Below are positions 26,736 through 38,839 of a stretch of DNA of 64,000 bases, piece after piece (positions within the stretch are counted from its first letter, which is position 1; each line of letters starts with the position of its first letter). The translations under genes and the position numbers were made by a program. This DNA comes from Octopus vulgaris (lineage: Eukaryota): positions 102,858,001-102,922,000 of the forward strand of contig OX597816.1 of NCBI GenBank assembly GCA_951406725.2, given 5' to 3'. Under the pieces are notes generated by a model. The model was not told the DNA's origin and made no database searches. It worked only from the letters and a program-made list of their open reading frames with translations.

Positions 26736-27085
26736 CGCAGAAGTGGCTATGTGGTGATAAGTACCTTGCTTACCAGTCCCACTGCGTGGCACCTTCTATA
26801 GTCACAGGCCCACCAAAGCCTGCCTTGTGAGTGGATTTGGTGGACGGAAACTGAAAGAATCCCGTCGTATATATATGTATATGTGTGTATGTGTGTGTGT
26901 GTGCTTGTGTGTCTGTGTTTGTCCCCCTAACATCGCTTGACAACCCATGTTGGCGTGTTTACGTCCCCGTAACCTAGCGGTTCGGCAAAACAACCCGATA
27001 GAATAAGTACTAGACTTACAAAGAATAAGTCCTGGGGTCGATTTGCCCGACTAAAGGCGGTGCTCCTGCATGGCAGCAGTCAAAT
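26733..27085 (+). mobile_element. SINE with internal (TG)n
   Basis: GGCGCAGAAGTGGCT head and GTGGATTTGGTGGACGGAAACTGAAAGAA core, shared with 51776-52072. Confidence 0.75.
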
Positions 27086-27089
27086 ATTC

Positions 27090-29250
27090 TCTCTAGAGTA
27101 AGATCGGACAACTAGAGAAAATGTGGTTTATTATTTCTTCATAAACTGCACCTACTTCACATCTTCTGCCACATTAAGTGCTTTCGGTAATTTCTAATAT
27201 GGCAGCTTCGATTTTGTTCCGCAGTCAAAGATACTTCAGTCTGAATTAGGGTCCAGAGCGTCTCAGCCATAGTTGTAAGTTTTCTTTATCTACTTACAGA
27301 GATCAATGTTTTTCAGGTGTTGACTACATAAGGGTTTTACTTTACATCGTTCAAAGTAATACTAACTTTATTTTCTGACTTTTTAAATTTCAGAATTTAC
27401 TGTTTCTCTTTTCTTCTAACAATTCTCTCTCACTTCAGCCTTTTTCATATTTGTTGGTGTTCTTGAAGATACGAGGGTGATCTGAAAAGTTTATAGGCTG
27501 ACTTTGAAGGAATAATGTTAGAACTGTGGAATCTTGCATGCATTAATTTCAGTTCTTTATTTTTGGGTTTTTTTTTCAGCATTGTTTTTTTTTCCAGCTA
27601 ATCTGACATTTCACTGTTCAAAGAAGACTTCGAAAATAATTAGTAGCGAACTTTCATTGAAAACAGGCAAAATTTAGCATTCTAGTGTTACCAAGTACCT
27701 GCAAAAAGAAAAAAAGACATTCCTGCTGATATGATTGCTACATTTGTATTAGACATGCTCCAGCTTTATCATCAATACGAAAGTGGGCATCTGAATTTGG
27801 GAGCCGAAGGAAAAGTCACGAAGACGACCCAAGGTCTGAACGTCCCGCAGCTGCCACAACCAAGGAAAACATTGATCGCGTTCAGCACGATGGTGATAGA
27901 TAACAGGCGATTGACTATAACTCAAATGATCAATGCTATTAGCATATACCGTGAGAAAGTTGAGAATATTCTGCACATTGAATTTGATATGACGAAGGTT
28001 TCTGCTCGGTGGATGCCACGTCTCCTGAAACCTGATCAAAAGCTCGCCAGACTGATCACATCACTGGAAACTGTAACATTGTTTCGGGCAAATCAAGCTA
28101 GTTTCCTTGAACGTTTGCTAAGCCAAGATGAGTGATGCTAAGCCAGGGGCTGTGAAATAATCCATGCAGTGGAAGCACTTCTCCTCACCTTCTCTAAAGT
28201 GATGGCCTCAGAGTTTTGGAATGGAAAACGCATTGTGCTTATTGACTATCTTTAAAATGGCCACACCATCAATAGAAAGTAGTATGCCAACTTACTGAGG
28301 CAGTTGAAGACCAAATGCCCAGAAAAACTGACAAAAAGGGTCTTGTTTCATCAAGATGATGCTCCTCGATCTTGCTTTCAGTGGCTGTTGTGTGTGACTG
28401 TGGCTTTTAACTGGTCGATCACCTTCCCTATTCTCCTGATTTGGCCCCATCTGATTATCATCTCCTTCCCAACATGACAAAACACTTGGCCGGGGGCCAT
28501 ATTGCAGTGATGAGGACGTCATATCTGCTGTTGATGACCAACAGGGTCAAGGATTTTTCAGCAATGGACTACAAGCACTTTAATACCGATAGAAATGTGT
28601 CGACCACGAGGGGGACTATGTTGAAAAATAAACCTCATTTGGTCACATTCCATGAGAATATCTTGGTCAGCATATGAACTTTTCAGCCGATCCTGCTGTG
28701 TTTATGTTTAGTAGCTATTTGTATTTCTTCACCTTTGTTCTTTACATGATATTTTAGTAGTTCAACAGTGGATATTTGAGAATTGTTTTCTAATTACATA
28801 ATATCCATATCGTGTCTGTATTCCTGGTTGATATATTCTCTCCATGTCAAATTTTGAGTGGAGTATTCTAAATGCAGTCATTATTTTCCTAGTTTTTCTG
28901 GGTAGTTTTGTTAATTCACTTAAAGCTCAATTGAGTATATAATAATTATGTATTATTATAACTTATCGGGACAGCTAGACCATTAATGCATAATGCCTTA
29001 TTTTTATTTTTATCTATTTTCTATTTAGCCCTGTTGTACAGACTAATCCAAAGCGTCTACAATATTCCTTCCTCATCTTTTCTTTTATTGTTTGTGTTGC
29101 ACACGTCAATTTCATAGATTTCTAAATATTTCTCAGTCTGATTTTGGTCTAATTCTCTTATCTCTGTTTCTTTGTCAAGTACATTATATCCTTCATTAAT
29201 TTTCCTCTCTTCATGGTTGTCTTGGCGTATGTTTGTTATGCGAATCTCAT
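27090..29250 (-). mobile_element. Highly decayed Dong/R4-like non-LTR remnant interrupted by a mariner
   Basis: EKYLEIYE and NK...INGL-like motifs at about 28950-29140. 5' side abuts (ATT/GTT)n at 29253-29320. Boundaries approximate. Confidence 0.45.
27472..28696 (+). mobile_element. Near full-length defective mariner (irritans-like)
   Basis: TA|CGAGGGTGATCTGAAAAGTTTATAGGCTGAC left TIR and GTCAGCATATGAACTTTTCAGCCGATCC right TIR. Motifs ARWMPRLL and PYSPDLAPSDYHL, frameshifted. Confidence 0.88.
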
Positions 29251-29324
29251 ACAATTATTATTGTTGTTGTTGTTGTTGTTATTATTATTATCATTATTAT
29301 TATTATTTCTAATTATTATTCGAT

Positions 29325-29890
29325 TGGCAGATTCATGAGAACGCCGGAGAAAAGATTTTGTAGTATTTGATGTGGTTTTGTTTTTAGTTCAAATTCTGCT
29401 GAGGTCAACTTTGTCTTTCATCCCTCCAGGGTCAAGAAATGAAATAATAGAACACATACTGCAGTCAATGCAATTGATTAACTCCACCCCTAAAAAATTG
29501 ATGGATCTTGCCTACATAAAAAATAATGAAAATAAAAATAATTATTATGTAGAAGCAAAATGATTAGTAGTTTTCCTTCCGACTCATTAGGTACAGTGTT
29601 CAAATACCACTGGGGTCGACTTTCCCTTTATCCTTTCGGGATCGATAAATTGAGTACCTGTTGAGCACTGGTGCAGATATAATCGACTAGCCCCGTCACC
29701 CTAAAATTTCAGACCTTATGCGTATAGTAGATAGGATTGTGATTATTATTACTAAAGCACCGAGCTGGTAGAATTGTTAGCAGGCCGGGACAAAATTATT
29801 AGCGGCATTTCGTCCATCTTTACATACTGAGTTAAGACTCCACCGAGGTCGGCTCTACTTTTATCCTTTCGGAGTCTATGAAATGAGTAC
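29325..29890 (+). mobile_element. Three tandem decayed SINE copies (GGCGGCGAGCTGG family)
   Basis: GTTCAAAT...GAGGTCGACTTT...TATCCTTTCGGG..CGATAAAT..GAGTACC core repeated at about 29385, 29600 and 29830. Confidence 0.65.
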
Positions 29891-29899
29891 CAGTAGATA

Positions 29900-31230
29900 A
29901 CAGTCTGTTCAATCGATGTTTGTCAACGCTCATAGTCCACTGGTAGTCAACGAATACAATACTGCACTTCGTTATCCTGGTTCAGGCCTCTACACATTTA
30001 AACTTAACAATATATGATCATTAATAACTTGAATATTGCAAATCTCCATTTCAAGCAATGCTCTGAGTCACCACTCAAAGGATTAGTAGTGCACCGAGTA
30101 ACAGTCTTGCTTCTATTGCCTTAGTCATTTTCGAAACATAGAAAATTGTTTCTTAAACTGGCCAATTATGGAATATCTTGTATAGATTTTTTACATCAAC
30201 AAATCAATTATATGACAAGACAGAAAGTTGCTATCTTCCGTCATTCCTCTGATATTTATCATAAAATCGATTTAGGTATGGCAAAGAGAAGATTCTTTAT
30301 TAGCATACTGTGATGCAACAGTTCACAGCTTCATTTATTAAAATATCACAGACTTGGGTCCCGCAGCTGGTCTTTTCAGTAACCTGAGATCGAGCAAGCT
30401 TCCAAGACCAACTCAATGTCTTTCTACCCACATCATAAAGTTTCTGGTATTTTCCTCTAGTTCGATGGATAGGACTGCTTTGGATAAGTCGTCCCATGGG
30501 ATAGACTTCTAGGTTCTAAAGTTATACTTGATTTGAGATGAGATTCTTACATTATGTCTTTTGCCATGGTTATAGCTAGGATAGTGGACCCGTTATATCG
30601 TTCAAAAGACTTTCTAGCAACTGTTGTTCAGTTGTATGGTTCCAAGTGCAAATTTGACCAGAATGGAATACTTCTCATTTAATTAAGCGGGTTCTTCAAA
30701 ACATCTGTTGTCCACTATTGATAGAAAGTAGAATTGGTAATGAATTTTGTTTCGTCTCTCCAAGCATTCTATCGCCTACAAAATTTTGCAAGTTGTGGTG
30801 TTTTTGTAAAGGTACTTCTATATAGAGAAGGTGTGTGGCTTAGAGATTAAGGTATTCGATTTACGACCATACGATCGTGAGTTCGATTCCCGGCGGCGCG
30901 TTGTTTCCTTGCATAAAACACTTTATATCATGTTGCCCCAGTCTACTCAGCTAGTAAAAATGAGTAGTATCTATGATTTAAAAGGGACCAGTCTATAGAA
31001 AGTATTCATAGTAGCACCATGTCATCATTTAACTTGTCCGAGAATTACCCAAAAAACTTCTGCCTTCGTGCTACAAAATTCCATACAAAACATTGTTCCT
31101 AGAACAGCTGAACAGTGGAATAAACTTTCTTTCTATTGTTTTTCTATAGAATATGATCGTGATCTCTTTAACGTTAAGGTTAACAAGTATCTAATGTTCG
31201 AGACTTTCTCTTTTTTAATAGCTTTATCGG
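29900..31230 (+). mobile_element. Decayed CR1/L2/Jockey-group LINE RT 3' remnant, interrupted by a SINE at about 30830-30990
   Basis: Degenerate LYRSK.F, PEWN/RMEY.S and C-terminal VPRTAEQWNKL...YDRDLFNVKVNKYL motifs. Confidence 0.55.
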
Positions 31231-32208
31231 TTCTTTTATAACTATCTCTTTTTAGTCTATATTAGTTGATTGCTTATTACCATCTTATTTACCATATTTT
31301 ATTGCTAGTTATAGGCAGTTCTACTATTCCTGCCATCTCATCGTATTTCATTTAAATCTTTATTTCATTGCTATCATTTACTTGCTATCTTATATATATA
31401 TTATCAATATAGGTTATTTGGTATTATGCCAATCCCCCTTTCCTCTGTTCTATGATCTTTGCTTGGGGCGATTTCGATTAAAGACAAAAGTTCTCTATTG
31501 AAAGCAAGTGCAGACGTATTACGCATACACAGATTTATAGAAAGTTTGAGCGCCATACAATATTCTAGATATTATACGCTAAAACTTGGTCTTCAGCTGA
31601 CCCAGGACCGCAGCTCTATCAAAGATACTTGCTGCAAAGGAAACGTGTCCAACAATCAGACTCCTGGGCGCTTTCTCGCCATCCTGGAATCTCTGCTGAT
31701 GCCGTAATTGCAGCATGTGCCAAGGTCCCCGTGCAGCCACTGTTGACAGGCAATGGATTCCTTTGCCAACAGAATATGGTTCTTTCATAAGAAAGGAAAA
31801 AAATCGTAACTCCTAAATTGGTCATATGAAAACTGAGGCAAAGAATGACTAAAAGGGCAAACTTTTTGTAATATTTTTTTCTGTATAGAAGTTATGACAT
31901 CAGAAATGTCTGGTATCAGATTCAGGAAGGCGATGAGAGGAAAAACGACTTTTACCAATTTCAATTTCATTAAAAACCAAAACCCTAGCTTTATTCTAAT
32001 ATGACAGCCGCTCAGTGTGGAAGGTAAGGAGTAGCTCGAGCACGAGATCAACAATAACAATGGCAACAACAATAGTGATCTCAACCGTAGCAATAATAAA
32101 AGCATTTATTTTAACAAGGAGAGCACAAACATAAGTGACAGTGGAGGCAGCAGCAACAAAACCACTACCAACAACAACAGTAACAGACTCAGCAACAACA
32201 GCGATTGT

Positions 32209-32240
<32 letters not shown>

Positions 32241-33152
32241 CGCTGAATAACTAAGATGACATAATGAAAGGTGCAGTGAGTCCAAGAGCAGGCAATCTTT
32301 TGTTGGGATGGCGGCGAAACCAATATTATTTTTTTGCTCTTTCCGAACACCTCACACAGGCAGTTCAACTAGTAAAAGAAGAAGAAAGCCGAGGTTTTGA
32401 TTATTTCTTTGAAGACTGCTTTATATCGTTATGTATTTGCAATAACAAAAAAAAAAAGAAACCAAACAAATATAAAAATCAATGCAAGAACACACGCATG
32501 TGGAAAGAGCACTCAAGGAAATATTAATAGATATAGATCCTGCGACCACTGCAAGACAGTTTGGGAGCGTAGTGGCATTCTTCAAGAGCAAAACCTTTGT
32601 GCTGAAGTGAGGGAGCTTGCGAGAAGGAACTCACTTCTACCTCCATATGTGGGAAGAATGGTCTGTCGCATTAAGATAAATTTCCACCTGGGGTGGATAT
32701 TTGGTGGCTGTTGGTCTGTGCTTTCTTGCAAGATGGTGACACTCTCCTGGACGCAAAACGAATAAAGTGGGAGTTTTGGTCTGGGACCACTCTGGAAACA
32801 GGAGAATGTGGAAAGGATACCAGACTTATTCACCTGCCCATTGGACACGAACAGGTCAAAACGCAATTGCGTGGTGCTGAAACCACTTTCGGTCCTCAAC
32901 AAAAACAACAGAAAGGTATAACAGCAACAGTGGTAGCAACAGCGGCGGTGAAGAAGACAAGAACAGCAGCAGCACTAACATTAACAACAGTTCCAATAGC
33001 ACCAGCAACCAACACGACAACCCCCAATAGTAGTAGTACCAACATCAGCAGTGATAGCAGAACGAGCAACACCAACAACAATACCTACAGCAACAGAAAC
33101 AAAACCCGTCACTCAAGTAAATCTCCAATTTAACTCACTCACTCTCTCTCAC

Positions 33153-33189
<37 letters not shown>

Positions 33190-33771
33190 GTCTGTTCTCT
33201 TTCAAACATAAACACAAAAATGCATTTATAAAAAAACGTACTTTCACCTCAACCCTCAACGGATTTTTCCGCCGTGGATATCTAATCTTGCGAGAAAATA
33301 ATGAAATATATAAAAACATTTTCAGAAAAGCTATACACTGTCTAAATGAAGACAATCAGGATAACATTATGGAAAACACACCAAGACCAAAACCAAATAC
33401 AGGCTAATCCAATACAATTCAACCGTCACCATTATCAACATACCCTCCTCAACAAAATGAAAACACACAGAGGAGCAGTACAAGCAGATATACAAACACA
33501 ACAAAGCACAACCATCACAAACATTGTGCAGATAAGGAGCACATAAAAAAATTGATTTCCTTTATCGCATAAAAGGCAAGACATTGAAAAACAGGTAGAT
33601 TTGTTCAGCACTAGTACTTTCAAATTGCCACAAAAGACGTGAAGACCTAGAACAAATACTGCGAGACATTTTGTCAACGTTCTAACATTTCTGCCAGTCC
33701 ACTGCTCTTTTGTTACTAATTCAAATAACTGGTCAGCAATTATAAGGTGGTGGTGGGGAGGTAGTCAATAC

Positions 33772-34006
33772 CTATTTCTTTACTACCCACAAGGGGCTAA
33801 ACACAGAAAGGACAAACAAGGACAGACAACCGGATTAAGTCGATTATATCGACCCCAGTGCGTAACTGGTACTTAATTTATCGACCCCGAAAGGATGAAA
33901 AGCAAAGTCGACCTCGGTGGAATTTGAACCCAGAACGTAACGGCAGACGAAATACGACTTCGCATTTCGCCCGGCGTGCTAACGATTCTGCCAGCTCGCC
34001 GCCCTA
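33772..34006 (-). mobile_element. Young SINE with 14-bp TSD, nested in an older copy of a related family
   Basis: Minus head GGCGGCGAGCTGGCAGAATCGTTAGCACGCCGGGCGAAATG and core TTTCATCCTTTCGGGGTCGATAAATTAAGTACC. TSD GAGGTAGTCAATAC at 33758-33771 and 34007-34020. Confidence 0.92.
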
Positions 34007-34142
34007 GAGGTAGTCAATACTATCAACTCCTGTACTTGACTGTTTCTATATTTTATATGTCCTGAAAGAACGGAAGTCAAAAATTGCTTCCTTTAGGTAT
34101 ACTTCCTCCAAGGAAGCTTAACCATTGTCACTGCCTATGATG

Positions 34143-34801
34143 AAGCTTGGATCGGTTACTGTATTGTATGAAAAATACGATGATTTGACTATGAATATAT
34201 TCTAATTGATAGCAATTCTGATTAATACTTCTAAACATGTACCAATTATTCACTATTTAGAATTAACATGCTTGTAACATACGTTTTTGAAGTATATCCC
34301 TTTTTACTTGAATACGAAATCAGATAGGGGTGCTGCTATTCATACCTGATTAAAATTGTATATCATTACAGTGTTATAAGCGGACAGTGAATGTCAATTT
34401 TCCACATATTAAACAGGTTTTAATAAATTCTTTCATATTAAGCTTCTTTTTTGTTTGATAAATATATTTTTCAAATGATAATCAAGTGACTTGCAAAGTT
34501 GGACGATGCAGACATGTAAGAGTTAAGTAATAAAAGCAATCATTAATCACAATTATGGATTTCTGTGGTAATCATAATATACTTTCGACCAGTAATAGAC
34601 ACATAGTTACATGCATGGTTGGAATAATTGAAGGAGGGAGCCACCATCACAACATAGATTGCGCAAATTGTGCAGTGAAAAAATTTTATTTTATAGCATT
34701 GCCTTATGCATGGAGCAATTATAATAGATGTTTAATTTAATGTCTACTAATATAATTATCTTGTTCCATTGTATATTTCAATAAGCTTGGATCGGTTACT
34801 G
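34143..34801. repeat. 19-bp direct repeat flanking 621 bp of unassigned AT-rich DNA
   Basis: AAGCTTGGATCGGTTACTG at 34143-34161 and 34783-34801. Confidence 0.9.
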
Positions 34802-35492
34802 CACTCACACACACACGCACATACACACATGTATGCATGTGTGTATGTGTGTATGCGTGTATATGTGTGTGTGTGAGTGTGTATGCATGTATGTATGTAT
34901 GTATCTATCATTTATCTCTTTATCCATCAATCTACACACAAACCTATACACAAGTAGGAATGCCCAATCTTGCTCAGTTTTATTGATACTTAAAATATAT
35001 AATCACATGAAATCGCTATACTTTCAAAAGCTCTAGTTGGCCCAGGAATGTTAAATCAGTTAAAATTATTGCATTCATGTTACGTGAAAGATGGCTTAAA
35101 CTGAGCTACATAAAAATGCGCAAAATCATATCGTATCGATAATGAATTATACCCCTGTATTCTTATTTTTTTTCTAAGAAAACAGGTCCCCAGACCTGCC
35201 CCCCCAAAAAAAAATGGTGTATTGATTTACATAATTACTTTAAGGGAGGTATTTTTCTAATCACAACTTTTTAAAACATTATTTTCAATGATTTCAACCA
35301 GTCATGCACACATAAGAACAGCGGTCTGTAGCCTTTTTTGCACCATCGACTGGTTTTATCCAAGACAATTTTTCCACAGACCGGTGTATCATGTGCATAA
35401 CAAAATACAATGAAGTGCATGATATATAAATTTAATTATTACATATATATATAATATATAATATAATATAATATAATATAATATAATATAAT

Positions 35493-35566
<74 letters not shown>

Positions 35567-35571
<5 letters not shown>

Positions 35572-35977
35572 TAAATTAGAGATAAAACCACTATTAGGCA
35601 AATCAAACAATGAAAAACTTAAGCCAATACATAAAATTAATTAATTTATATTATTTTAAATATATATCAAAAATATTAAAAGTTTGATAAAAGATAAATT
35701 ACCTGAAGATTGACTGTAACCATAACTCGAATTATTACGAATTGGACAGCCATGAAACGATCGTAGTGTTTTACTCATTATCTTTTATTAAACTTTTAAT
35801 ATTTTGATATATATTTAAAATAATATAAATTAATTAATTTTATGTATTGGCTTAAGTTTTTCATTGTTTGATTTGCCTAATAGTGGTTTTATCTCTAATT
35901 TAATATAATATATTTTACTATAAAATTGGATTTAATCTGATTTTTTCCCTGTAAGTTTGGATTTATTCCCTAATATT

Positions 35978-35990
<13 letters not shown>
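35567..35990 (+). mobile_element. Fold-back element in (TA)n with ~130-bp inverted arms, a hammerhead in the spacer and a 3' extension (Penelope pseudo-LTR-like)
   Basis: Arms 35567-35697 and 35778-35907 differ by 1 substitution and 1 indel. About 80 bp of unpaired tail runs to 35990. Second copy at 1-318. Confidence 0.85.
35695..35773 (+). ncRNA. Minimal type-I hammerhead ribozyme motif
   Basis: TAAATTAC-CTGAAGA(35703-35709)-T-TGACTGT...ACAGCCA-T-GAAA(35754-35757)-C-GATC-G-TA-GTGTTTTA. Both core boxes intact, palindromic loop III, predicted cleavage after 35765. Confidence 0.75.
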
Positions 35991-36058
<68 letters not shown>

Positions 36059-36599
36059 TACATATAGATATATTATATACAAATATACATATATTCATCT
36101 ATACATATATATATAGTATATACATACACAGACACACAGACACACACACACACACACATACACATATACACACATATATATATATGCATATGTATATAAT
36201 ATAAAATACAAAACCATCATGCAGACTGTCATAGTCAATAAAATACAAATTAAATTTTTTAAATTTATTGTTTCAGTGCAGCACTGGTCGTGGACCGTTG
36301 GTTGGGAACCCTTGCTTTAGGGTATACAATATTCTGTTGAAAAAATGTGCATCTATGTAAAGTTTCAGTTATCTAGGTGTAACTTGGCAGATACAGGTAT
36401 TGACTTGCAACGGTTCAGGAAGAGCTTCGAAGTCACACTGGTCTAGGATTATCTGCGAAAGCTATGACCACTGTACCATCTTCCTGACCCAGTGAGCAAA
36501 ACAAAATAGCGATACCTCTTTCCTTACCTCCCTACCTAACTATTTGACTAAGTACATACATTGTTTGGAGTTAGTAAAAAATGAACGGTTGCATATAAA

Positions 36600-37760
36600 T
36601 TGATCCCCATAAAAGAAGGTGGTCCCCACGAAACAGCTGAAATAAAAATTAATAACAAGAGATTCAATAAAAATATAGAGATATATATAAAAGGAGCTCC
36701 TTCGAAGACAATGATTCAGTCGGGACGAAAATCAAGTGAAGAAAAGGACTTTTTCAAGTATGAGCTGTGTCTGAAGAAATCCGACAAAGGTATTGTCCTT
36801 GCATTACACCAAAACTATATCATCAATGGTGAATAGTAATACTCTGAAAATTGTAATAGAATGATAGGGAAGCACAATGAAAAAATATAATTGTCCTCTA
36901 CGCGTACAGATACAAAAAAAAGCAAAACTGACCTTCCATCGGAGATACATATTATCGATCTTTACCAGTAAGCTCTCCATAAAAATAAAAATATACCAAA
37001 TGGTAGGACTCTGGCAAAAGTACAAGTCTAATATGAGAAAACAACAACAAAAAACACTCGTACACTTGTTGAGCAACTTTTAAATATCCGGCGGTAGGAG
37101 GAACTTTGTTACAGTCTATTACTTAACTCCAGAAATATTCACATACGATACAGACCATCTCTACCTTTATTTGAAAACAAGTAGACAGAAGTTTAATATG
37201 GATTGAACCAGCATTTGATAGCCCATCACATTCACTTCATTAATGGTCAAATTGTATCAATGGATCAAGATTGCTTTCAAGAAACAAATATGATCCTTCG
37301 AGAGGTTTGCTCTGACTGATGAACAAGGTTACACAACCAGGGTTTTACACAGATCTTATGGAAAAAATTTAGATGAAAGGTATTCTGCTTATCAGTAGAA
37401 GGCAAAGCGCAGCAGCGTTGTCAGAAATCTTGTAAGTGATAGTAAAATACATAGCATACTAATTTATACTGGACCAACAACCAGATATTACAAAGAAGCA
37501 TTAAATTCTAAACAGGTAGGTACAAGACGTTCTTTGACAACCATAGTCAACCTGGCTTCGCCTTGAACTATCACTCTGAAGTTAAATATAGAAAGTAATT
37601 GTAGTTCTACCGATAGGAAAAATATCAGAGGAGCATACTTCAAAGATTTACTTTCTGTATAATACTTTGTTCTTTTTGTTGAAGAAATCTGAAGGGTACG
37701 TAAATGGCTCACGGGAAACAGAAACTTCAACTTAACACGCAACTTCTTTGCGGGCGGCTG
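36600..37760 (+). pseudogene. Heavily decayed Penelope-like reverse transcriptase remnant
   Basis: In-order degenerate motifs KKSDKG..L....Y (cf. KxADKG), VGLWQKYKS (cf. YGLPKxHK) and GTRRSLTTIVNL (cf. GTxxAPxxANL). Confidence 0.45.
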
Positions 37761-37779
37761 GAAAGTTTATGCCAAGAAT

Positions 37780-37960
37780 ATAAATGATACGAAAAGGCAC
37801 CTTGATCTGGTGAGGACATGCTCAAAAGAAATAGGGATAGAGTTTCGCAAGAATAAATGCTTCAATATGATTATAAAGCTAGGTAAAACTACAAGCCAAT
37901 CTATCTGTATATTAACCAACAGTTTGATTCTTTCGCTGATATTTGATGAGAGAAATATGA
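37780..37960 (+). mobile_element. Short R4-like RT fragment
   Basis: Translates KRHLDLVRTCSKEIGIEFRKNKCFNMIIKLGK (cf. QLDLV..FS.DIGM.FG..KC). Confidence 0.55.
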
Positions 37961-38839
37961 TCAATAGATCTCTCTGTTTACAATAAATCAGTGATCCAAA
38001 ATGTGTTTGAGCTACAAATGTTCATATCAACATTTAGCATTCTTGATTGGATGTTAAATGAGAACTGGCCCATTGATAACAAAACCGCAGCATTATTAGT
38101 TTGAACTCTACGGCATTGAACAGTACTGAGTTCACATGGAAAACCTTCGGAAACTGAGTGCTTGTTGTGGGGTTCATTTCCTGGCGCTTATGATTTTTGA
38201 GTACTAGGTTAATGTATGTGCGTTTTCCTGTTATTTAGCAGATGTTGACCGACTTATTCCATACAATTATGGAACTGATCATAAGTCACTTCGCTTACCT
38301 GAAATTGAAGCTTTCGGTGTTTATGGGAGCTTCCATTTATGTCGGTGCACGCTTTACACACTGGTTTTATGCTTTTGTTTAACTCTATTATTATTTACTG
38401 AACCTTTCCACAATGCACTTTTGCTAATGTCTATGTATTTTTACCTCTCTTTCTTTGGAAGAGGGTAGAGAAGGAGAGAGAGAAGAGAAGACAGACAACC
38501 CTCCAACGTGAATGGCTTCGTTTGAAAACAGTTTTCCCCTGTTCAACACTCTGGCGAAATTCCATTTGCATATCAACTGCAAATGATATTAAAAATAGAT
38601 ATTTCTCAACATCGCCTCAATATAGGCTTTTAGATTAAAAATGAGTCTATTAAGGGTGTATATATTATTTATGTATGTGTCTACAGTGTACATTAGTGTC
38701 TATATCTATGCTTGCAAATTTTTCTATGTATTTATGAATGTTAAAATGTAAGAATGTATGCGTGTAGGTATGTATGTATGTATGATTATTTGTATGTATG
38801 TTTGTTTGCGTGTAGGGCTGCATGTATGTATACATGCGT

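Larger units (their letters stand above)
35319..36314. mobile_element. hAT/Charlie-type MITE (MER1-like ends) expanded by microsatellites and a nested element
   Basis: Left end CAGCGGTC...GCACCA..GACTGGTTT...AAGACAATTTTTCCAC.GACCGG and right end GGTCGTGGACCGTTGGTTGGGAACCCTTG. TSD degraded. Confidence 0.65.

Noticed and set aside
31785-32105. ORF with signal-peptide-like Leu-rich N-terminus
   Set aside because: The Leu run derives from antisense (CAA)n-like repeats and the rest has no recognisable domain.
32851-32883. Partial matches to miR-219 (AAACGCAATT) and a REST/RE1 half site (TTCAGCACCACG, minus strand)
   Set aside because: No miRNA seed match, and only half of the RE1 motif is present.
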